Shown here: in pieces, positions 1 to 7,724 of the stretch | Layout of the letters: every line of letters begins with the position of its first letter | How positions within the stretch are numbered: the first letter of the stretch is position 1 | DNA from: Candidatus Bathyarchaeia archaeon | GTDB taxonomy: Archaea; Thermoproteota; Bathyarchaeia; Bathyarchaeales; Bathycorpusculaceae | Reading direction: 5' to 3' | Length of the DNA: 64,000 bases | Assembly: GCA_049516875.1 (NCBI GenBank) | Contig: JBEKSS010000011.1 | Coordinates: forward strand, 32,001 to 96,000 | Made by a program: the position numbers and the translations under genes | Notes under the pieces: generated by a model | The model's input: the letters and a program-made list of their open reading frames with translations, nothing else | Databases searched by the model: none | Told to the model about the DNA's origin: nothing

Positions 1-611
1 AAATCTGATACTATTGGACTCGTTACGTTACTCCATTGCACGCCATTCCAGTGTATCACCGTTCCTCCAAGACCTACTGCCCACCCGTCGCTTGCGTCGA
101 TCACGTCTATTGATTCAAGTGACATTGGCGTCGGGCTCGCTACGTTGCTCCATTGTGTTCCGTTCCAACGAATTATTGCTCCGTCCTGACCTGCTGCCCA
201 CCCATTACTGGCATCAATCATGTGTATGCCATAGAGGAACTTTGTCATTGGATTCGTAACGTTGCTCCATTCCGTCCCATTCCAATGTATTATGGTTCCA
301 TGATCGCCGTATCCCAAATTATAACCGCCCACAGCCCACACATCATTAGGACTAGACATGAACACACAATAAAGCCAAGCATAAGGAACAGGGTTGGCCA
401 CTATATTCCATGCTGAACCGTTCCAGTGGATCGTCGTTCCATCTTGACCCACCGCCCACCCGTCATTAGCATTTACCAAAGATACCGACAACAACTCAGC
501 CACCGTCGGGCTGCTCCAGTTTAACCAAGCACTCTCTGCTCTAGCGACAGGCACACTTACGAACAACAAGATCGCCAAAAACAGAAGACATATCTGAATA
601 GTGCTCTTCAT
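1..611 (-). CDS. Secreted beta-propeller protein (YCF48/BNR-like repeats); runs off the window edge
   Basis: Manual translation from ATG at 611: signal peptide MKSTIQICLLFLAILLFVSVPVARA, then repeats of the form D/NGWAVGxxGxxIHWNGxxWSNV. Absent from the ORF track because there is no stop in the window. Confidence 0.8.
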   Translation of the reverse strand, partial: MKSTIQICLLFLAILLFVSVPVARAESAWLNWSSPTVAELLSVSLVNANDGWAVGQDGTTIHWNGSAWNIVANPVPYAWLYCVFMSSPNDVWAVGGYNLGYGDHGTIIHWNGTEWSNVTNPMTKFLYGIHMIDASNGWAAGQDGAIIRWNGTQWSNVASPTPMSLESIDVIDASDGWAVGLGGTVIHWNGVQWSNVTSPIVSD

Positions 612-839
612 GCCGTTTCCTCTTTAACCAGCCTTTCGCTAATCTCAACTTTTATGATTTGCCATTGAGAAACAGAGAATTCCAACTAGTATTAGAACGA
701 ATGTTCGCGTGAGCTTCATTTTCCTCTCTCCCTGTTTCAAACAGGTTCACGCAACAGATAAGACTTATGAGCAAATCGTCTATGACATTGAGTTCTGAAC
801 ATTTTGCCTTGAGTGTGAAACTCTACCGCAGCAGTAACA

Positions 840-3800
840 CTATTCGTGTTGGTTGAAGTAGTAGACGGCTATAGCTATGTCTTTCATGTCGACGACGCCG
901 TCGTTGTTCACGTCTGCGTTGGGGTACCACGGTGGCTTGCTAGGCTTGGTCTGGAACAGGCTGACCAAGTAGGCGATATCTTTCATGTTGACGATTCCGT
1001 CGTACACTCCTGGAGTCGTGCCGGACACGTCGCCCGGGACGCCCACGTGAACGGGAACGCTGCACGTGCAGTTGTTGTCCGCAGTGTCTGTTTCTCCCGG
1101 AACAGGCCATGCGTAAGCGCTTATGGTGTAGTTGCCGTAGGCAAAGCCAGTAGTGTTCCACGTGAAGGTGACGGGTGCAGAAGCGCCAGCTTCCAAAGTG
1201 ACAGATTGTGTTTGGATGGAAAAGCGTCCTCCTGTGCGTGTGTATTCAGCCCAAATCTCCTCAGCAGACAAAGCTCTATTGTAAATTTTAACTTCGTCGA
1301 TGATGCCATTGAACCAAAATCCAGTTGTAGGATTGTTACCAATCCTAAGTGATTGACCGGTATAGGCTAGATAACCTGCTCCTTGGCTACTTACAAGCTT
1401 TCCATTGACATAGATTTTTGAAGTTCCATCGAAAGTTCCAACAACATGATACCATACGCCTGGTTGAATAGTTCCAGGAGGTGAGTAACATATTCCTGGG
1501 GCAAATTCGATACCCGCATTCGGATTAATGCGCAGAAAATAACCCTCATAATAAAATGTACTTACAATAGTCGCATAAGTATTGACATCACTGGCTTTAA
1601 ACCATGTTTCTAATGTGATTGCCGTAGTTGGCATAAGACTGGGATCAGTCCCGCAATCAACATAATCATCAACTCCATCAAAGCTCAAGGCGCTATTTAC
1701 TTTCCCGCTCGTCCATGAAGCTCCGTATATAATTCCGTGATTGTTGTAGCCGGAGCTGTCGTAGGCTGTTGTACCTGAGCCTTCATCAAGCTTCCAGTAG
1801 CCAACCAAGCCTGGAGGCTGAGTGTAGCCAGTTAGGTTGCAGTAGGCGGTTACGTTGAAGGTTTCTGTGTAGCTGCCTTGATTTGCCGCTGTGACGTTTA
1901 TGCTGGCGCTGAAGCCTTGACCAACCACAGTCTTAGAAGGCGCAACATTGGTGACGGCTACATCATGAACACCAAAAGCGTAAACATTCCCGTCGTTTGA
2001 GCCCACGTAGACTTTACCACCAGCAACAGCAGGAGAAGAATCCACCACACCGCCTGTCGTGTAGCTCCAGATATATGCGCCCGTCGTAGCGTTCAAAGCG
2101 TAAAAATTGCCGTTAGTTGAGCCCACATAGACGAAACCACCGGCAACAGCAGGAGAAGAATACACGTAACTGCCTGTTGTGTAGCTCCATATGAGTGCGC
2201 CCGTCGTAGCGTTCAAAGCGTAGACCTTGCCGTCAAATGAGGCCACGTAGACGACACCACCGGCAACAGCAGGAGAAGAAACCACGGAATTGCCTGTTGT
2301 GAAGCTCCACACCTGCGCGCCCGTCGTGGCGTTCAAAGCATAGGTCCTGTTGTCAGCTGAGCCCACATAGACGAAACCACCGGCAACAGCAGGAGAAGAA
2401 TACACGTAACTGCCTGTTGTGTAGCTCCATATGAGTGCGCCCGTCGTTGCGTTCAAAGCGTAAACATTGTCGGCCCAATATGAGCCCACGTAGACGACAC
2501 CACCAGCAACAGCAGGAGAAGACATCACGTAACTGCCTGTTGTGAAGCTCCATATGAGTGCGCCCGTCGTTGCGTTCAAAGCGTAAACATTACCGTCATC
2601 TGAGCCCACGTAGACGACACCACCAGCAACAGCAGGAGAAGACTCCACCCAACTGCCTGTTGTGAAGCTCCACACCTGCGCGCCCGTCGTGGCGTTCAAA
2701 GCATAGGTCCTGTTGTCACATGAGCCCACATAGACGACACCACCAGCAACAGCAGGAGAAGACCGCACCCAACTGCCTGTTGTGAAGCTCCATATGAGTG
2801 CGCCCGTCGTGGCGTTCAAAGCGTAGGTCCTGTTGTCAGCTGAGCCCACATAGACGAAACCACCGGCAACAGCAGGAGAAGAAGATACGCCGCCGCCGGT
2901 TGTGTAGGTCCAGAGAGTTTGGTTTGTGTTTGGCGCCGTTGAAGTTGAATATCCGTTGTGCCACAGGTCATGATGGAACATCGGCCACCGTTCGCGAGGA
3001 TTCTTCACAAGTACAGAGTTGCCGCTTATTACCACAGTTACGCCGTCTGGCACTTCGTCTGGCGCATTTGCATAAAACGGAGTCCAGGTTGCAGCGATGC
3101 TAGTGCCATTGGTTGATGTCCAGTAGTTGTTGTAGAAGTAGAAGTCGAAAGCGGGAGAGCCTCCAGGGGTGGATGTCTGCCAGACTTCTTCATAGTCCGT
3201 ATAGTCATAGACCCCCGAATAAAGATAAGACAAAACCAAGTAGTCCCCACCTGTTGGTGCGTCTAGTGACCAAACCAGATTGGAGCTCTGATATGCAGCA
3301 AAACTGGTGACACCACTTTGGGTGGTGATGTAGAATGTATATGTGACTCCCAAGGATAGGGCCAAGGCGTTCGGTGAATAGTTATAGGTCAGATTATCTA
3401 GCGGACCAGTTGTCCACGAATAGGATAATCCCCAAATGCCATAATCATCAGCAAATCCAATCTGATTGTAGCTTCCGTTATTATCCCAAGCTGAAAGAAT
3501 TACGTAATAGAATTCATCTGATCGAGGCGCGGAAGAGGGAACCGTAATACTCACGTTAATGGTACTCGCATTCTCTGTAGACGCCCACCAAGGACGTACG
3601 CCCCCAGCATACCAATGGGTATCATAACCCGTAGTGGGTGTCTCCGGAGCCAGTGTCGGAAATATGACACGCCCGTTAACCGCAGGAAAGGGTTCTCCCT
3701 GGGTCCACGATAATTCATGTATTGGCGCACTCGAAGTCAAATTAGTTGAATCTGCGGGTGCGAACGAATCAACACTCCTTGCTTGCCCAGATTCTTCTCT

Positions 3801-3902
3801 TAAACTTGCTTTCACGCTGAATGGTTGGACGTTAAATGCCACCGTTAACGCACTTGCTAACAGCATTATCAGCATTGTGACTACAACTATTTTCCTTTCC
3901 AT
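840..3902 (-). CDS. Secreted mosaic protein: N-terminal beta-sandwich, 8-bladed PQQ/BamB-like propeller, CARDB with inserted LamG, C-terminal dockerin-like domain
   Basis: Signal peptide; eight SSPAVAGGxVYVGS..YALNATTGA.IWS.TTG repeats; LamG motifs GLVGYWKLDEGSG and FNGIIDEVKIYNRALS; paired EF-hand-like DGIVNMKDIA / DVNNDGVVDMKDIA. Confidence 0.85.
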   Translation of the reverse strand: MERKIVVVTMLIMLLASALTVAFNVQPFSVKASLREESGQARSVDSFAPADSTNLTSSAPIHELSWTQGEPFPAVNGRVIFPTLAPETPTTGYDTHWYAGGVRPWWASTENASTINVSITVPSSAPRSDEFYYVILSAWDNNGSYNQIGFADDYGIWGLSYSWTTGPLDNLTYNYSPNALALSLGVTYTFYITTQSGVTSFAAYQSSNLVWSLDAPTGGDYLVLSYLYSGVYDYTDYEEVWQTSTPGGSPAFDFYFYNNYWTSTNGTSIAATWTPFYANAPDEVPDGVTVVISGNSVLVKNPRERWPMFHHDLWHNGYSTSTAPNTNQTLWTYTTGGGVSSSPAVAGGFVYVGSADNRTYALNATTGALIWSFTTGSWVRSSPAVAGGVVYVGSCDNRTYALNATTGAQVWSFTTGSWVESSPAVAGGVVYVGSDDGNVYALNATTGALIWSFTTGSYVMSSPAVAGGVVYVGSYWADNVYALNATTGALIWSYTTGSYVYSSPAVAGGFVYVGSADNRTYALNATTGAQVWSFTTGNSVVSSPAVAGGVVYVASFDGKVYALNATTGALIWSYTTGSYVYSSPAVAGGFVYVGSTNGNFYALNATTGAYIWSYTTGGVVDSSPAVAGGKVYVGSNDGNVYAFGVHDVAVTNVAPSKTVVGQGFSASINVTAANQGSYTETFNVTAYCNLTGYTQPPGLVGYWKLDEGSGTTAYDSSGYNNHGIIYGASWTSGKVNSALSFDGVDDYVDCGTDPSLMPTTAITLETWFKASDVNTYATIVSTFYYEGYFLRINPNAGIEFAPGICYSPPGTIQPGVWYHVVGTFDGTSKIYVNGKLVSSQGAGYLAYTGQSLRIGNNPTTGFWFNGIIDEVKIYNRALSAEEIWAEYTRTGGRFSIQTQSVTLEAGASAPVTFTWNTTGFAYGNYTISAYAWPVPGETDTADNNCTCSVPVHVGVPGDVSGTTPGVYDGIVNMKDIAYLVSLFQTKPSKPPWYPNADVNNDGVVDMKDIAIAVYYFNQHE

Positions 3903-4019
3903 TTTTCCTTTCTCCTTTTTGTTGTCATGGAGACGTTAGGCCTCGGCCAGTTCGGCACGCAGCCTTCCAGAAAGCCATGGGAATCGGCCAATTCATAAAA
4001 GCATCTCCTTCCTCACCAG

Positions 4020-4149
4020 ACAGTGTAACTGGCAAACCTACTTAAGGCTTGTGAAACATTGTTACGGGTCCGATTTCTGCCGGACGCTCTGGGCGTCTGC
4101 CGTCGGCCACGAATGCACCATGAGGAACGGACACGGATGAAACGCGTTC
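4020..4149. repeat. Conserved upstream element of PQQ-propeller genes, copy 1 (promoter plus 70-bp core)
   Basis: 4080-4149 matches 12476-12545 at 69/70 nt; adjacent TATA-like CTTAAGTA on the minus strand is also shared. Confidence 0.85.
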
Positions 4150-4303
4150 CACGGTTCAAACAAGCGCGCTTAAAAATCCTTGTGGGTTTCATCCAAGGCA
4201 ATGTTGAAAGCGCCAGGAGTGGCGATGTCTCCCGCAACTCCCTTTTTTCTATTATGCGCGCGCCTGGTTCTTTCCATGTCTGTGATGTATTCAAATCCTT
4301 GCT

Positions 4304-4687
4304 CTATCCTCGGGATTGCTTGAAAATCGAGAGGTCAATCTTCGGAATTCTTATTATTATGTCTCTTTTGGTGAAGTTGAACTGTATGCTGTTCACTGCA
4401 TTGCAGAACACTTCTATCCAAGCACCCAAAGAAGTCCAATTCTTCCCCAGCAAGTCCATTTGCAGGGATATTACGGATGTGATTCCCATAAGAGCATCCA
4501 AGTTATAGTTTTTAGATTCCGCATAACTTGCAATGGTACTCACAAGTGACAGAATGCTTGTCATCCTTTTCTTGACTTCGATTGCTTGTGCAGGGTCTTT
4601 TAAGACATCGAGTATTTCTTTTGTGAGTTTCAGAATCTCTTCTTTCTTAGAAACAAGCATCAGTCTTTCTTTCTCAGTAAGTTCCAT
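4304..4687 (-). CDS. Hypothetical helical protein
   Basis: 127-aa ORF with ATG start and protein-like composition; no recognised motif. Confidence 0.65.
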   Translation of the reverse strand: MELTEKERLMLVSKKEEILKLTKEILDVLKDPAQAIEVKKRMTSILSLVSTIASYAESKNYNLDALMGITSVISLQMDLLGKNWTSLGAWIEVFCNAVNSIQFNFTKRDIIIRIPKIDLSIFKQSRG

Positions 4688-4827
4688 TCTGGAGCATCTT
4701 CCATAGCATGATACGAAACAACCTCCATTAATATCTTGAGGAGAAAATCAGAAAAAAAGCGCGCGCCCTAAAACCTATATAATTGCTATGTCTCACATCT
4801 CGAAACATTAAGCATTCAAGGTGAAGT

Positions 4828-5337
4828 TTGACGAGCCGCGTTGACTCATCTTTCTTGGCCAAGTGGAAAAAAGAATACTATGAACATGATGACCTCGAAT
4901 ACTCTAATCTAATCAGAAAAGATGAGCTTACAGTTGACGACTTGGGAAAACTTCTGTCATGGAAAAGTTACCGGTTCAGAAAGACAATGAAGAATAAACT
5001 CGGGAATAGTGTAAAAGAGATAAACGATTTGAGAAAGGAAAGACCGAAGGAGCCAAGGCTTGATGATTTCGTCAGGAAATTCTACCCTGACTATCCTGAG
5101 GACGCCCCCATTTTTGGCACATTCATAAAACATATTCTCAACCCGGGTGAGTTCCCTGTCTACGACCAGTTCGTCCACAAAGCATACCATAGATTGTGTG
5201 GCACTCAAATTGAAGGAGATTGCTTAATGGATTGCTACGAGAGTTATCGAAGCTTCTTCAAAGAGCAAAAAGCAAAGCTGGGTTGTACCGACAAGCAGCT
5301 TGATGAAACTCTTTGGGCATATGGACGCTATGGGTGA
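4828..5337 (+). CDS. Hypothetical protein, possibly HhH-GPD glycosylase-like fold
   Basis: Motifs LLSWK, HILNPGEFPVYDQ and LDETLWAYG resemble HhH-GPD-like uncharacterised proteins (inference). Confidence 0.5.
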   Translation: MTSRVDSSFLAKWKKEYYEHDDLEYSNLIRKDELTVDDLGKLLSWKSYRFRKTMKNKLGNSVKEINDLRKERPKEPRLDDFVRKFYPDYPEDAPIFGTFIKHILNPGEFPVYDQFVHKAYHRLCGTQIEGDCLMDCYESYRSFFKEQKAKLGCTDKQLDETLWAYGRYG

Positions 5338-5353
5338 CAGCCTAGCGCGTTTC

Positions 5354-5569
5354 TCAGAACGCATCCAGTTTCTTCTGTTTCTCCACTTCCTTCCTTATCA
5401 GGTCCTGAAGCGCTTCGCTTATTCCACCGGAATATTTGGGCCAAACGACTGTTCGCATAAACTCTCTGAGAAGGCTGTTTGGAACGTTGCAAATCGTAAG
5501 GTTTCCAAAAGAGTCTTCTTTGAGCTTGCCATCTTCAGCGATGTAATTTATGAGCGGTTTGTTCTTCAC
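5354..5569 (-). CDS. Small ribbon-helix-helix-like DNA-binding protein
   Basis: Strand-helix-helix pattern NLTICNVPNSLLREF...GISEALQDLIRKEV; likely GTG start at 5569. Confidence 0.55.
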   Translation of the reverse strand: MKNKPLINYIAEDGKLKEDSFGNLTICNVPNSLLREFMRTVVWPKYSGGISEALQDLIRKEVEKQKKLDAF

Positions 5570-5758
5570 GTTTTCATCTTCCTTTGTCTTGTTGGTATGG
5601 GCGTCAAAGGCGCGCGCGCTCAATGATGAGTTGATTAATCTTGTGGAACTAAGAGCCTTATTGCTTGTTCATGAGGATAAGTCTTTATTCAGTAGTTTTT
5701 CTGTCCTTAGATTTTCGGTAAGGAGAGAGGAAACTACAAAATTGCTTGATCAATCTCT

Positions 5759-6088
5759 TCACAATTCTCTTCTGAGCAGTTCTCTGCTTCGGAATCCTGC
5801 ACGCCGTAAGCCATTATTGAAAAGATTGTTCAGCCTTCTCACTTGTTGTGTAATCGACTCATCATTCTCGTATTCTGTCAATTCTGAACCTTTGGCATCA
5901 TAAACACCGGCTGGTTCAAATTCCAAGTCTGACAGAAAACATCTAAACCTCACCACAACGTCACGTTCGTTGATACGCATTGGGAGCTCAAAGGATATGC
6001 CAGCGAGGATGCTGTCAACGTTTTCGCCGTTAACTTGGCGCACAACATCTAACGCAATTCCCCTCACTCTTTCCCTCAATTCGCTCAT
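5759..6088 (-). CDS. Hypothetical protein
   Basis: ORF from MSELRERVRG; the upstream part of the tracked ORF crosses a (GC)4 tract and is probably not coding. Confidence 0.5.
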   Translation of the reverse strand: MSELRERVRGIALDVVRQVNGENVDSILAGISFELPMRINERDVVVRFRCFLSDLEFEPAGVYDAKGSELTEYENDESITQQVRRLNNLFNNGLRRAGFRSRELLRREL

Positions 6089-6280
6089 ACTTGCAGAATA
6101 CTGATGGTTCGCTTTTGAGTCTTTCTGCCAATGAAAGAGAGAGCGCGCGCTAAAATACTGCTTTTTAATATACTGCTTATCACCATGTAAATCACTTATG
6201 TCACACAGCAAACGTGCACACAACAATGCTTTTAACTTTTGCATGAAACAATAATTAGCAAAAAAAGAGGCAGGTTAAAG

Positions 6281-6817
6281 ATGAATGAGCGAAAGAAATT
6301 AACAGAGGCAAAATATTTCTATTCTAGAATGGTCGAAGAGCAAAGAAATAGAGACAATTTTTCGCATAACTTAAGCGCGTTTCTTTCTTCTTCTCGCTCA
6401 GTGTTACAGTATGCATTTTCTGAAGTGGAAAAAAACATTGAAGGACAAAAATGGTATGAATCCCATATGTCAGCAAGCTCCATATTAAGGTTCTTTAAAG
6501 ATAAACGTGATATCAATATCCATGCTAAACCTGTCTCACCTATTGCGAAATATGATGCAACTTTCAAAGAAACTTTGGGTATATCAGATTCGGTTTCAGT
6601 TACCCTTAGGGATAAAAATGGAAACATAAAAGAACAACATTCTAGTGAATTTCATTCGAAATCAGAGGGTACAAAAGATCAGGCAACAATACAAGTCAAG
6701 TATGAGTTTGACGACTGGAACGGAAATGAGGACGTTCTGACACTATGTCAAAAATACCTTGAAGAATTGGAAAGGCTAATTGAGGATGGAGTGGGCAAAG
6801 GATTTATTACGGGTTAA
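6281..6817 (+). CDS. Putative HEPN-like protein
   Basis: Helical N-terminus (NLSAFLSSSRSV) and an R-x4-H motif RDINIH. Confidence 0.5.
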   Translation: MNERKKLTEAKYFYSRMVEEQRNRDNFSHNLSAFLSSSRSVLQYAFSEVEKNIEGQKWYESHMSASSILRFFKDKRDINIHAKPVSPIAKYDATFKETLGISDSVSVTLRDKNGNIKEQHSSEFHSKSEGTKDQATIQVKYEFDDWNGNEDVLTLCQKYLEELERLIEDGVGKGFITG

Positions 6818-7121
6818 TGTCCAAATTTTAATACATTGTGCTCGCGTCGTGTAGCGCGCGCTGTTTCGGTAAACCAACTTGAAACGTGATTTTCTTTGAA
6901 TCGTGTTGCTTTTTCTTTTTCGTGCTCGCTTTTTTATCCCCATTGTCAGCGTTTTCAGAGGGTAGGGCGTCCTCAGGGTCAGAGTAAGGCTTCTCTTCTC
7001 GGCGAGATGACAATAGGGACAATAATTCAAGCTCTGTTTCCCATGGTAAACTCATTTTGAGGATTTTTGTAAATCAAGGTGTTTTTTTGTTTTCGCGCTC
7101 GTGGTGTTTCTCCTGTGCGAC

Positions 7122-7224
7122 ACACTTTCTGGGTGTTACGCGGCCTCAGGGTTTGGGAGAGCGCACCCTCTCGGAGCGTGTCCCATGGGAGTCACGCTTT
7201 AAGCCCTGTTTCGTGTGGAAGTGT
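7122..7224 (+). ncRNA. Candidate structured non-coding RNA
   Basis: Nested helices 7122-7129/7217-7224, 7138-7143/7211-7216, 7147-7154/7201-7208, plus hairpins 7157-7172 and 7175-7198; G-U pairs favour the plus strand. Confidence 0.35.
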
Positions 7225-7724
7225 TGAAGAATGAGAGACCATCTTTAATGGCAGGCTGCAAAGCTGTAATGTTAAGATTCTTATGCCAAGGATGACATAA
7301 GATGGAAAGCTGACCCTTTCTCTATGTCAAAATCTGGTGCGCCTTGACGTTTGTGAAGAGTGCCTCTGCTCTCGGGACAATGCATACAAGTGACAGGTGA
7401 ACAAAAAGGGGGGTTATTCGTGTTGGTTGAAGTAGGCGATGGCTATGGCTATGTCTTTCGCGTTGCGGTGTGGAACTAACTGTCAAGTTGTTATCGTGGC
7501 ATTTCTTCACCTAACTTGACCTCGGGGAGCCTTCAACAAACATGTACGCGAGCAAAGAAATTGGAGCTTGTCACAGGAGAATACGTCAGCGTGCTTCAAA
7601 CAACAGCCTATCAACAATCTTTGCTTGGACAGTTTTGTCTTGAACCCGCGGTTACCGTTTGAAAGCGTTTTGGGCGTGAAACGAAAAGGAAAAAAAGGGA
7701 AGCTTCGTTTCTCAGGCTGTCCGC

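Noticed and set aside
7122-7224. Hammerhead ribozyme on the minus strand (CGAAAC ... CTGAGG)
   Set aside because: The CUGANGA core is not matched and the stem order does not fit.
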